In this document: in pieces, positions 37,389 through 49,915 of the stretch
Numbering within the stretch: the stretch's first letter is position 1
Layout of the letters: every line of letters starts with the position of its first letter
Position numbers and translations under genes: made by a program
Notes under the pieces: generated by a model
What the model was told of the DNA's origin: nothing
The model's database searches: none
Seen by the model: only the letters and a program-made list of their open reading frames with translations
Source of the DNA: Phoronis australis
Lineage: Eukaryota > Animalia > Phoronida
Assembly: GCA_002633005.1 (NCBI GenBank)
Contig: NMRA01000108.1
Location: 229,006 to 293,005, forward strand
Reading direction: 5' to 3'
Length of the DNA: 64,000 nt

Positions 37389-38215
37389 TCTGGCGTGTTA
37401 TGTGTTGTAAAATTCAATGCCCAAAAATTATGTTTGATGTTATATGTTTTCGATATCTTATATTTATATTTGATTTTCTTCTTTGTATATTTGATGTTAA
37501 CTTTTTGTATTCTATAGTAAAACATATTTACGTGCTATTAACTAACTATATGTCCGATATTTCCAAAGATATATTCGATGATTTCCTTTATATATTCAAT
37601 AACGGAATTCTTGGTAGTATGAAACGACGGTCGTGATTGGTTCTCCAATTGATTAATATGGCGGCTTCTGAACCAGAGTCCCTGCTTCATTTCTTTTTTC
37701 AACAATTTCATTCACACTTGTGAACACTCATTCAGTACAGGCAATTCAGACGTGGTGAATGATATTATGCCACAGGTAAATGCGTATTTATATGCCCTTG
37801 AGTCCATTGACACACGGTTTCGTGAGGAATTTGGGTCTGACACTGACCACCAGCCAACACACCACCAGCCCCAGGCACAGGGCGTGGGGGAGCCCGATCG
37901 CGAGTCAACAAATTCCACTACGGTTGAAGCCTTGCAAGTGGAGAGTTATCCGCTGCCAAGGTATGAAACACTGCACACCAATAGCAGCCGTCATTTCAAA
38001 TGAACCCAGCTCAGTTATCGAATATAAACGGAAAAAACATCGAATGAAAGCATGAAGTTATCGAACACAAATATTAAAGAAATTGAATAAATACAATGAC
38101 ATCAAACTTAAATTTTCAAAACATTGAATACAAAAGTAATCAACATTGAATACATGTAATCTTATCAAACATAAATGTTGAAAACATTGAATTTTGCAAC
38201 ACGTAACACGCCATA
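37389..38215. mobile_element. Non-autonomous TIR DNA element with long AT-rich inverted ends (IS3EU-like TATGG terminus, tentative)
   Basis: TGGCGTGTTATGTGTTGTAAAATTCAATG...TTATGTTTGAT on the left versus ATCAAACATAA...CATTGAATTTTGCAACACGTAACACGCCATA on the right. No clear TSD. Confidence 0.7.
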
Positions 38216-38598
38216 CTATCTGAGTGGTTGATGTTATAATCTGTTGTAAGTTAGGGATATTGATTAAAAAAGATTTTTTCAACTGTTGGCTCTATGTAGG
38301 TCACTATCAGTCACTCTGGTCTTAGATAAACTAAACAATGTTTCAGAGTGAGGTGATCATAAACATCGTGATGTCTATGGACGTGATGTCCTGGCTTGAA
38401 CAGCTGTGTCAGTCTTTTGGTCACGTGATGTATGTTCTGTCTGCGCTGTGTTCTGTTCAACTTCAGCAAACACACATATAAAATACTTTTTCGTATTTGA
38501 CTTTTTCTTATGACCACGTACTGTTTATTTTACTACAAATGCTCTCAGTCTAAGTCATACGTGTGATGATAGCTCCATTGCTGTAGTCGCACACTGCA

Positions 38599-38916
38599 CA
38601 GTGGCGGATCTAGGATATCATAAGGGGAGGGCAACATGTTGCCTCGGAGAATTGGGCAAAGCGCGATTGTATGCCCAGGCTGCCCGAAAGTTGTGGGGGC
38701 CGCCGATGTAAACATGTGTTCCCGCCCAAATTCTATCGGAGGACTGAAAAAAACGGAACGCAATCCCGCCACCCTCTGGTGCCTGGGTCCCCCTCCCCTC
38801 GTTCTCTGCCGTTCACGGGTTAGTGAAATCAATATTCCTCACGCTTCACACTCTTGCTGTTTAATTTTGCTTGCACCATCTGGGCCCCCTGCCCCCCTCC
38901 CCTAAATCCGCCTATG
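38599..38916. mobile_element. MITE CAGTGGCGGATCTAGG...CCTAAATCCGCCTATG
   Basis: Imperfect 16-bp TIRs; interior shared with 8477-8684. Confidence 0.8.
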
Positions 38917-39544
38917 CTGCATTTCTCTTACTGTTTACATGTTAACAGTCAGTTGAAACAGAGCTGAAGGTCTATCGTTTGAGTGTGCTAGCACTAACAA
39001 AATCCGGCCATTCGCTTTTAGAGGCACTGTCGATTTTAACTGAGTAAATTTCGCCTCGTTTTCTTTCTATAGGAGCTTGACCGAGCTGCTTTTGGCAGAA
39101 GGAACATCCAGCACGATTGGTAAAGATCAATAAGGATCCGCAAATTTACTGAACTTTTATTGAGGCTTCATGGCAATCGCCTTCAGAATCAATCAGTTGC
39201 ACTATCCAAGAAACTGACGTACAACATGGAAGCTAAATTCGTACCGTCGACATAAAACTCAAAATTACATTCCAGTTTATCGCAATAAAATTTTTCTTGT
39301 TCAGTACTTTTGTGTGAAAGAGCATTGTTTTTGTTTGTTTTATAGTAAGGATTCAGGTATATGAATTAGAAGCAGGAACAAAGAATCATTCTTGGCTGTA
39401 TATTTTAAATGACATGACGTGGCAGCTCATTGTCTCTAGTATTTGAGTGATTTTTGTTTTTTCATGGCATGTTAGTGTAGGTTGATAAGGATTTCCATTA
39501 ATTATTGCTTTGTGTGTACGAAGTGTTGCATATATTATAGCACG

Positions 39545-40655
39545 CCAGTAGCCAGCATTGCGTGAGCATGGTTCGCATTTCTAGAACGGCGGGCTTTGCA
39601 AACGTCGGCACTGTGGAGTTTTCGGTAAAGCCCTTGACGCAGCTTAATTAGGGGTAAACATGCGCGCTCCTAGCCTTTAATATGGGGGGGTCGAATTTCT
39701 GGCGATGTGGACCTTTTGCTGACAAAAAAGCGGCAGGACTAAAAAAATAAAACGGGTACCACCTTCAGAACTGTGACCCATGCGTATGAGCCTTTTTAGT
39801 GGACTTTTGGCTCGTTTTCTCGGTCTTTTTTTCTCTACTTGGCCAAATGGGGGGCTCGTTCGATCCCCCTCCGAGCCCCCCCCCCCCTCCCGTGTGCGCG
39901 CATGGTAAGGGAAATCTGTATACACAATGATGACTCTCAGCTATATGTTCATGATAATAAGACGGAATTCGTAATACCAGAAACATGATGCTGTGACGGT
40001 TGCTTGCAAAGAACGTTTCTCAAATTCGAATGCAATGTTGTCCAGAAAGAGAACGTTCTCGTGTTACCTCCTGCCAAACTTTCAAAAAAGCGTGCTTAAA
40101 TGAGTGATTAAAAGTCATTACATTCTCGGACGGAAATACTTTAGTAGTCGGAGAATGATTCGACAAAATTTTTATCTGGTTGTATTTTTACGTGTCACTT
40201 AAGTTGTAAGGCTTACATCGCAGGAAACGGGAACAGCTTACTATTCCGAGGGTTCACTACTCCGAACGTTCACTGTTCCGAAGATTCACTACTTCGAAGG
40301 TTCACTACTCCGAAAATATCTAAAATTTCGGACTCAGGAGTAATTTTATACGCAGCCCTGACCCGTGCCCCAGATGCTGTCCTGAGAATGAGTTGTTAGT
40401 TAGATTCATTGAGCTGCAAAACAATGTAATCAATGTTTTTAAAATTACTATTCAACTTCTGTACACTCTAAAAATGGTCACTATACTTAATTCATGTCAG
40501 TTCAGATTCATTAGTAGACAATCAGAGTAATGAATTGTCGGTGTTCTGGTTTCAGAATTGTGAACATTCTAAGTGGTTTCGAAGGTAACGAACCTTCGGA
40601 GGAGTGAATCTTCGGAGTAGTGGACAATCGGAGTTGTGAACCTTCGGAATAGTGA
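39545..40655 (+). repeat. Interspersed repeat, copy 2, with a nested MITE (39660-39904) and inverted 16-bp arrays (40240-40315, 40590-40655)
   Basis: Similar to 33745-34325. The nested insert is bounded by CATGCGCGC...GCGCGCATG. The right-hand array is the reverse complement (TTCGGAGTAGTG). Confidence 0.8.
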
Positions 40656-41418
40656 CATGTAACTTTGGAAATCTTTTCCGTCAACTTTGTGGCTGGTGTG
40701 AAGTCTGCGACGGAGGCTGTGCACAATTAACACCGATTGACAAGAGAAGACTTTCTTCATTGACCAAAGATTTTATTAAGTCTAGATTTACTTTCCCCCA
40801 TGCTCGTCGGGGTTTTTTCAGTGCAACGAAATTAACTGTCTGTTTTTTGAGCAACGACGGAGAAATGCCTATAGTGAACTTACCGTTGGTGTGTACTGAA
40901 TTAAATGAAGAGGCACGCACACATGAGTACACGCATGCGTTTCAATTCGCCAATCCACAATCAAAGTGGACTCTGGATGAACAACATATTTGACGATTAC
41001 TTTCAATTGGGAATTTGAAAATGCCTGCACATAACGGTACTATTCTATCAAGTATACACTGTACCAAAATAGAAGACAATAAATCTATTTTCTGCTGTTT
41101 TGTTTCTTGGTCGATTTTAAGGCATTTACACCGCACGACTTTTAGAGAGCTCTCTCGCTGCTATGTACCGGTAGCTTAGCTAGGTATAGACATTTACATG
41201 TAGTCTCCCTTGTAACTCTGTGATGTAGCCACCACGATTGCTCAATGCCGATGGACAGCACAAAGCCTCCTCTAATTGTCTGCACGATCTACGCTAACAC
41301 CACCCGGGCGAAGTTGTCCACTAGGTACGGCTCGATGATTACGTGAAGCGCTTCAGAATCAGAAGCAAATTCAAAATTATTACTGACTTAGTTATGACTT
41401 AGTTAGTCGGAATTCTAT

Positions 41419-41850
41419 ATGTCTAAAGTGGAAAAAAAGGATAGCATTGTGATTGGTGGTATTCCTATCTATGTACGTTATGTAGATGATATTTTTGTTT
41501 ATTGTGCCTTTGATGACTTGTTATCAGTACGTGATGAACTTGAGCGTCACTCAGTATTGAAGTTTACCCACGAGCTTCTTGTAAATGACAAGATTCCGTT
41601 TTTGGACGTTCTTGTGAACGATTCTCCATCTGAATTTTCTACATCCGTTTACCAAAAGCCTACTGATAAAGGTTTCTGTTTCAACGCCAAAAGTGAGTGC
41701 CCTGAGCGGTATAAGGTAGCCGGCCGTTGTGGTCAACTTCCTAAAGAGAGCGCATTCGGTGTCGTCCAACTGGCTATTGTTCAATCAAGAGGTAGATCGC
41801 AAACACTGGTGAATAATGGGTATACCAATGCTCTTGAGAATGAAACAAAT
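41419..41850 (+). mobile_element. Penelope-like reverse transcriptase remnant
   Basis: YVRYVDDIF, LKFTHE, IPFLDVLV and TSVYQKPT motifs; the frame then shifts. Confidence 0.88.
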
Positions 41851-42894
41851 ATGTTTCGAAATATCGTGTGTCTTTTAATTGTGTCGCAAGGTCAGTTACT
41901 GTATCTATATTCAGTTGAGAGTAGAGTTTTGTTCCGAAAGTACGAACGTAACGGAATAAAGACTGTGAACAATGAAAAGTGTCGTTTAACAAATTCTGTA
42001 TAACTTAGTGTTGTAGATAGCAGAACCAGTAGCTGAAACAATTTTGTTGTTGTTGCTGTCCATCTATATCCTATCTTTTTAACAGATAGGCTGGGGCTGG
42101 ACCTTTTCCGCGGGGGGGTTGATCAAACCCCCCGGGACTTTTTTGGAAATTTTCTGAAAGTCTTCATGAGGGCGTTACGCCACGCTCATTCGATACAATT
42201 CGTAATTTTCCGAACCACGTTATAAAAAGTCTTTTCGAAGCTAACCTTCAGAAACGACTTTCACTCCAAATCTGAACTGTTACTCACTAGCCTAAAACCA
42301 TGCAACCATATGAAGTGAACATAAAAATTTTACCTGCACAATTACCACTGTTGTGTACGTCGTAAATTGGAACAATCTCAAGACGATGCGGGTATTTAAA
42401 GGTTTTTAAAGCCCTCCACTTTTTGATTGGCTGATACTTGTAACATCAATCGTAGTCTATTGACAGATTGGTTTACCAATCATGAATCATATACCTTGAA
42501 CAATTGAACATTTTCTCGACGTCATGTTTTTCACCACACCGTAAAGTTCAAACTTGTCACACAAGCGAGAACGCAGCTATTGTCACACACATGCGCTTAA
42601 CTGCATTTTTATGTACATGCCTGCAGTAGCTGAGCTAAATAAGTTGGTCAGTACCTTATTAGTCCGTCAGACATATGGCATGTAGGCCCCTATTGAAGTG
42701 ACGAGAATTTGGCGTATAATTTTGTTTTATTGTTTATTATCGATGTCTAATACATTATACTTTCAGAAACTGCAGTTTTACATGATGTCACCCTTGAGCA
42801 ATTTTATTCAGGGGACTTAATAATCGAAGATGGCCGCCATAGAAATGGCGAAATCTACTTTAGCTAATATCGTCGCTACCAGATGAGACACAGA

Positions 42895-43044
42895 CAGTGC
42901 TGTAGTGGTAAAATTAGAGGTAAGTAGGCGCCCACAGCCCACAGTATCACCTTGAGCATTGAACGTAACTTACGGTGCGTAGGCGCTACGTTCTAATGCC
43001 AATAGGTGGTTGGCTGCGCCTACGTGCGGCTCACTACAGCACTG
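42895..43044. mobile_element. 150-bp MITE with 13-bp perfect TIR CAGTGCTGTAGTG (hAT-like end)
   Basis: CAGTGCTGTAGTG ... CACTACAGCACTG. Confidence 0.8.
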
Positions 43045-43162
43045 GACATGTATAATAATGTCCTTTCACGTGTTTCTGAAGGTGGATAGATAACTGACGG
43101 GAAAGGCAGCAAACCGTTTGACTAATGTAACATTGTTTGACCTTTGAACGAAGAATATAAAG

Positions 43163-43310
43163 TATGTTTCGAAATATCGTGTGTCTTTTAATGATGTCTC
43201 TTGGTCAGTTATCTTATCAATGCTCTGTTGAATTTTGAACTTTGTTCCGAGGATTTGAACGGAATGGAATAGAGATTGTCAATAACGACAAGTTTAGTGT
43301 TTTCAACAAA
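43163..43310 (+). repeat. Diverged direct repeat of 41850-42000
   Basis: Shares TATGTTTCGAAATATCGTGTGTCTTTTAAT, GGTCAGTTA, TTTGTTCCGA and GGAATA.AGA.TGT. Confidence 0.7.
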
Positions 43311-44358
43311 AATTGCTAGTGTAGGCACGAAAAATTCTTTTTCCGAACTAGGCGCAGGTGTTTTATACATTTTTGTCACAAAATAGTTTGGTGAGACGAT
43401 ATACTGTTGACAATATAGTCAGGTCCAACATACTCCACCATCTGGGCAGTCAAGACGACCACTTTGCTGTTTCTTGGCCACATTTCCGCTGGTGTCTCAA
43501 GCAGATTCAGTCCAGACAGGAAAGATTGAAATCAGTGAGCTTTAACACTGAACAGAGGCGCGAGTTGGCTTCAAATGGCTACAGTCGTAGCTACTCCAGC
43601 AACGCTGCGATCATAAATTTAAGTGGTATAAAACGTGCGATCAAACTTAAGGTTATCTCAAACCTTATTCACAAAAATTGGCCATTTTAAAAATATTTCA
43701 CGTGTCTAGCAAAATACCTTGTCTTGATTCTCGGGGAACTTGAAATACAAAATGTATACCGTGTGCGATAAAATAAAGATTGAGCAGAACCACCTTGGGG
43801 AGAGTACGGTACCGTGAATGCACATAATTTCATATTTTTCTTATTTGGTTTTTGTCGCATACTAGTTTACAACATACTATCTGTAACTTTGCGATGCATT
43901 TTAGTTAACAGTTTGCTTTTTCAAATTGTATTTACTGAAGACATTACATCTTCGTGGCCTTCTCGCACTCGATCTCCCAAAAATAGCTTGAATCTATCAT
44001 TCACTGAAGATAAGACGAGAGAATTACACTCTTCTGGGAACGACACGGTTTGTGACTTTGGTAGGTCTTTGATTTGATTTAGTAGCGTTGTTTTTTATGT
44101 TTTAGGTTTTCAAACTTGCGGAACCGACTCTCTAAATTATAATGGCAAAAAACAGGGAAAAGTCAAGCAAGCTCACGACTGGACTCTTTGGTCTTGCAAG
44201 TCAGAGCTTGTTCTATGTTCAGATCGAGTGGAGCTTGTGTAGACTGTGTCGAGGGGGTCGTTTGTCCAGGGGATCGTGAGTCGAGTCGGGTGTGTGGGTA
44301 AAGGGGGTTTTAGAACCATCCTACCGGCTGTCGCTCTCGTGTGAGCTTGTTTAGATGT

Positions 44359-45210
44359 TTTATACCACAATATCAGAATCGAAAGGCCAATACAACCATG
44401 TAATAACCCATTTAGTTATTAAACGGCGTTAGATAACATTTTGGAGGGAAACCGAGGCCGGTTTCGAACCCCCTCCGCAAGAGTCTCGAGTCGTCGCCTT
44501 TACCACTGCACCAATAAGCACCTGGAGTCATAGAACGGGAAAATGGAATACTTATAAGTGAGCCCGCGCAATAATCGCATGTTCAACAAAGGGCATTGCA
44601 CCGACACGCTGTGAAAAGTAAAACGCATAATTTCCATAAAAACCATATTTTAATTCAGTTAAAATTTATCTCACATTTCTCTCACTTGTAAATCATCGAT
44701 CTCCAATTTGAATGCGGGTATCGTGTCGGCGGGATCCTTTGACTTAGACATTATACTCTGTAAGCAGTGGTAACCTACTTTAGCAGACGATATTTCCACG
44801 GTCGAAGCTTAGTGTGATAAAATGTGTAGTAAGCTACACTAGTTGCTAAAACCTAATTTATAGATTCACTTTATTTCTATTTTGTTTAAATGTTCAATTG
44901 GTTTTAAGTAAAAACATTATTTTAACAAAAATAGCTCGGCTTTTCTTAAAAGGACCTCTGACATGGAAAGTAGTTACAAAGCCGAGACGAGTCGGGAAAG
45001 GTAGATCTATTCGTTGCAATGTTTCTCGTTCAGCATGTGGTATAAATAGATTATTATATGTTCTCAATCGTTATCCCCCTTATCTAGAACTCTCGTGGAT
45101 TTTGAAGAATTATCACCCTCGGGGCTAACGCCCCTCGGGCGATAATTCTCCAAAATCCACTCGGGCTCTAGATTACGGGGGATAACGACTGAGAACATGT
45201 AATAATCTAT
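44359..45210 (-). repeat. Third, more diverged full copy of the hairpin + TIR-arm element (arm 44359-45046, hairpin 45046-45210)
   Basis: Reverse complement of the 2897-3592 arm. The tRNA-like cassette at ~44450-44520 (-) has TGGTGCAGTGG and GGTTCGAAACC. Confidence 0.9.
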
Positions 45211-46564
45211 ATTTGTTGGTGACATTTTTTGATGCTGTAGATAATTAGTCTAATTAAAAGCAATGTTATGCAATTTTAGTGACTAGTGTATAATTAATTA
45301 AACATATTGGTTGTTTACCAAAATTTGTAACCTCCTAGGAGTTCATGGGAAGTGATTCACCACATGTCTGTTACCAGTTGTGGGATGTTTATAAAAACAA
45401 TTGTGCCTTGTTTTGCAAGTTGTGTAACTTAAAGTCTTTGAAAACCTGTCAACTTTGGGATGAGGTATTTCCAACAACAACAACAATCTGTTATTTGTCC
45501 ATCGGAATTACTCAACTCTTGATTGTCCTGCACCATAATTGGTAATGACTTGGGTTCATTGCTGGAGTCCAGCAGATTGATTCACAGAATTGTTTTGGAA
45601 CCAGCGACTTTGTTCAGAGAATTGTTTTGGAACTAGATGTAGCATTTTTGGAGGAAGTTTGTGGGTTTTCATGTTTTGAACTATCTCGCCCACCTTTCTT
45701 GTGTTCAGTATAAATATTCTGTTAGCTACTTTAGAATTCATATTGCTTGGAGAGAGGCTGCTGCTTGCTTCAAAAATATCACAGATACCCAGCGTTGGTA
45801 AGAGACAACTTTGTTTCTAACTATAAAACTTTGACTTTAGAAACAACTATTCTCAGTTCTTATTTGATTAACTCATAGAAAGTGTTGTAATAGAAATTGT
45901 TGTAACTACAAGTTTCTGCTAACTATTGTTTGCCAAATTGTGAGTTGATATAATATTATTAGATGTGCAATTTTCTGTATTTTAGTATGATGTATTTGGT
46001 ACTTCAATTTGTATTAGATATTGTATTATCTTTATTAATTGTTTCAGGTTTAACCGTATCGTATCATATCGTATCGTATCTTATCATAAATAAAGTTTAT
46101 GAGCCAATGTTACGGTATTATTATTATACGCGTGTAAACCGCTGGGTCAACAACAACAACAAGAGAGACATCTAATGTGCGTGTGACTGTGCGCTACATA
46201 ATTTATGAGACCACCCTAGCTGCGATGTGACAGACTCTGGAGTATGCTGTCCGTGTCGTAGACTACGTATACGCATAACATATTGCTTTATAGAACGCTC
46301 AGTGATCCGCTTGCGATATTGTTTTGGAAACAGAATTCTCGACCCTAGCGCCGAAAATGCTCCATCACAATCTATGCCGAGGCTTGGACGACTGAGGTCA
46401 AGAACTAGAACAAGTCCTCTCGTCATTGTTTACCCTTGTAACGTAACTGCAAGCGAGGTGTAGTGTGAAAAGAGCTAGCGTACCCTTTATCGGAAATAAG
46501 GTCATTCAATACTACAACCGTCTTTCAGTCATCGGTCTCTTGTTCAGCTCGTAAACCAAGGAAG

Positions 46565-46687
46565 ATGGATAGCTTGTATACTCTGGAGAATGGGGTTTTC
46601 TCAGCCTTCGTGTTTTATGCTGCCGTTATATTGTTGAAGATGGCATTCATGACGTTTTTGACATCATTTCACAGATTAACGAAGAAG
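46565..46687 (+). CDS. MGST1: Microsomal glutathione S-transferase 1-like (MAPEG family), coding exon 1
   Basis: MDSLYTLENGVFSAFVFYAAVILLKMAFMTFLTSFHRLTKK aligns to the MGST1 N-terminal helix; donor AAG|GCAAGT. Confidence 0.9.
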
Positions 46688-46801
46688 GCAAGTGGTGGTT
46701 AATTAGGTCAGTTTATACGGCGATGCACCGTATCGACTTTGCCCACAAGAGAACTGGATGAAAACTATTTATTGGCTTAAATGCACAGTAGGCCTGTCAT
46801 T

Positions 46802-46879
46802 CATGGCCGGCGCACCATAGGGGGCTGGGGGGAGTCGGGGACTATAGCCCTCTCTTATTTCAGTGCTTCGCCCCCTATG
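46802..46879. mobile_element. Tiny MITE in MGST1 intron 1 (second copy at 54041-54111)
   Basis: CATGG.CGGCGCACCAT.GGGGGCTGG...GGACTATAGC...CTTATTTCAGT shared with the 54041 copy. Confidence 0.75.
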
Positions 46880-47078
46880 CCGCACTCTGATGGCACCATG
46901 GGCATTTGATACATAGATGCCAGCGCAAGGTGGGCTCAACACATTCATTGCCTGTCTTAATACACGTACGTTAGTGACGTGGCTTTCGTTTGCTTGAAGA
47001 CTACACACTACTGTAGGTGTACGCTGTCAACAGGTAGAGAGACTGTCTCGTCAACGAGCCAGCTCACATGCTAAATAT

Positions 47079-47225
47079 CAGTGGCGGATTTAGATGGGGG
47101 CCATGCCCCCCCCCCCCTAAAATTCCCTTAGGCAGGTCGGGGGTGCGAATAGTCTGTCAGGCAAAATCCTGGCTAATATTCTGCCCTGGCCCCTCCCCCT
47201 AACTCAAAATTCTGGATCCGCCCTG
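47079..47225. mobile_element. MITE in MGST1 intron 1
   Basis: CAGTGGCGGATTTAGA...TCTGGATCCGCCCTG imperfect TIRs. Confidence 0.8.
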
Positions 47226-47812
47226 AACATGTCGTGGAAATCGAGTCCGCTCGAAAATATATAGTTGGGTAACGGTACATCATGTTTTTCAAGAAATTGA
47301 ATTAATGCAGAACAGCATAAATGGTCGCTTGGCATTGCTTTTGATACCGGTATTACAACAAAATGTCATGCTGTTTTCGTCGGCTTTTAAGTCTCAGCTA
47401 TATTTGGCTGAAGGCATGACCTGATGAGCAACACCAGCGAATGCTCGAGGCTTCAATTTAGCAATGCTTAGTTAATAGTAAATACTGAACTGGTATATCT
47501 CATTGAGAAATGATGAAATGCGGTGATGAGCACGACATGACATTTCACTACAGAAGCTAATGTATGGGTTTGAAAAATGTGGCATACTTTGAACCCTACT
47601 CGAAATCACCTGCATGGGCGGTTTATCTTAAGGTTGCACATTTTGCAGAGCCAGATGGCGGACTACCGTGACGCCGTTGTCTTCTATTCCAGCTCACGGT
47701 AATGTCACCTATATGACCACAAACTAGATCGGTTTTTGTTTTCGAAAATAAAAAACCCTATAAGGCCATAAAATCTTCTATCAATAACGCGATTGCGTCA
47801 CATGAATTGCAG

Positions 47813-47901
47813 GTCTTTGCTCAACCAGAGGATGCGAAGGGGATCGATCCAAAAGTCAGTAAAGTTTCGCTAAATGACCCTGATGTCGAGAGGGCACGAC
47901 G
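47813..47901 (+). CDS. MGST1: MGST1-like coding exon 2
   Basis: ttgcag|VFAQPEDAKGIDPKVSKVSLNDPDVERARR(CG)|gtaggc, matching the MGST1 VFANPED...VERVRR segment. Confidence 0.93.
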
Positions 47902-48240
47902 GTAGGCGTATTTCATAAGTAGTCCCACACCTATCCAAACGCAGACACGGTACCATAAATGATGACAGGCGCAGATACAGCGAGCCCAGAAGGTCCGACC
48001 CCCCGCTTGCTCAATGTTGTCTGTATTCACGCAGATGACCTAAGTGCGTAGTCAGCAGAGAGGTCAGGCTTATCAAGGCTTGTTATTTTGTGTTTAACGG
48101 TTTATGTGATACCTGAGAGAACAAATGTTTTCCTGTGCGTACTTAAATAAGAACTAAATTCATCTCACAGTTGTATAAAACACGATCGCCTATTTTGTAA
48201 ATCCGCATGTCAATGGTAAATTGAATCTTTTATGTTTCAG

Positions 48241-48481
48241 GGGACACCTAAATGATTTGGAAAACATCCCGCTATTCATTCTGCTGGGTCTACTCTACGT
48301 CGCAACTAATCCGACCCTAAGTGTAGCCATTTGGCACTTCCGGTTGTTCGTTGGCGCAAGGGTGGTGCACACAATTGCTCAGCAGTTTCTGCAAGTGCTG
48401 ATGTTGCGTAGTATGTCGTTCTTCGTTGGAATGGTCGTGTGCTGTTCGATGCTCTTCCAAATCATAACAGCTACATGCTAG
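48241..48481 (+). CDS. MGST1: MGST1-like coding exon 3
   Basis: tgtttcag|G GHLNDLENIPLF...WHFRLFVGARVVHTIA...* The spliced CDS is 123+89+241=453 nt (150 aa) and open throughout. Confidence 0.95.
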
Positions 48482-49691
48482 AGCATGTAACAGACTTCTT
48501 TTGTAAAATTGAAAGTTGGTTATAGATTGGTACTTTGGTGATAGTTTCATATCAGATAATTTTCTGCCCAGTCCCATGGGCTATTTTGAATAGTGAACAA
48601 AGCTTGTGTTTTGCCATATTGCTTTTGCTTTCTCTGAAGTGATGAGATTGTTGCCATTTGGTACCTTATGGCGGACGTTACGCCCAAGAGGACATGAACG
48701 AAACGTAGTTTCACTTCCTTGCCGGGGTGCCGAGCATAGTTTATCTAACATTTTCCTAGGCCTTTCCATTAACTCTCTTAAGGGCAAGACAAGAGATTGC
48801 AAACAGATCAGTTTGATTTTAAAGACACGCCAACTAGTGCCCATACGCTTAAATAAAAGTGAAATTATTCATGAAAAGTTTTATCTCACCAATTATTTAA
48901 TTACTCCGTTTAGAAATTTTAAATGAGAGTTTCTGCAATCAAGTTATTGAATTGGCTAAAATCGTTTTCAGTATGAAATCATCAAATCCCCCATCCAGAC
49001 AGTCTCACAAGCAGCCAAACAGGTTTTTGAAGAGAATTGCTATTTCAACGACGAAACTATAATTAATTCAGAATGTTTCATTTCAGTTGTCTGTTGCCTT
49101 TTTACAAACATATTGCTATTGTTTCTGAACTTGTATCAGTGTATCAGATAATTGGTTTTACTTTTCAAATTAATTGAAGAAGTCCCTTAGCCGATCATTG
49201 CTCGTAACTGAGAGGGTGCATTTTTGTAAGTACATCAAGAGTCTCGGTTATTAATTGGGGATAGATGTCATGAAAATCAAAAGCGTGCTGTTGGCAGATG
49301 TGTGTAGTGTCGATTTGTTCATTTGGTATGGGTTTCGTGACCAAGCGCCTGATTATTAGGCCTACAGCATACATAAAATCGAATTTCATTGACCTTTTCG
49401 CAAAGAAAGTAAATCTAGCCATGTATTTACAAACATTATACAAGCAACTTACTCAGTGAATATCGCTATTATGAAATTAATTGAGCTCGACCAAAATCCA
49501 ATTATCCTATTTCTGTTTTCGTATATGACAAGATACTACGATTGTCACAGCGCCACCTCTGGAGAAACATTGGGAAAAAAGTGTAGCGGTGAACTTCTTG
49601 CGGCGAGCACTCTTCGCATATAGAATGGAAATATCGTCATTACTTAAAGCTCAATCCCGAAATTCAAATTTCAGCATCGACGATAAATGAC

Positions 49692-49915
49692 TTAAGGTTA
49701 TGCTTGATCCTAGAAAAATGTCCAATTTTGATCAAATTCTGTACATCATATCACATAAATCACAGGTCGGATTCACAGGAGACTTTCAGATGCTGTTCTC
49801 AATGTACTGTTCTCCAAAACGCTGTTCGAAATTGTTTTTTAAATGCTGTACTTTTGTACGAGGGGCTATCAAAAATAGGACTCACGTGTATATGATTTTT
49901 ATTAAATTTACTAAA
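49692..49915 (+). repeat. Old interspersed repeat starting TTAAGGTTA (Kolobok-like end); related pieces at ~53733-53960 and ~62700-62860
   Basis: Shares ACTTTCAGAT, TTCTCCAAAA.G.TGTT and ACTTTTG.A.GAGGGGCTATCAAA motifs. Confidence 0.5.

Noticed and set aside
45300-45950. Possible LINE ORF1 (coiled-coil/esterase) remnant on the minus strand
   Set aside because: Only compositional hints; motifs are too degraded to support a call.
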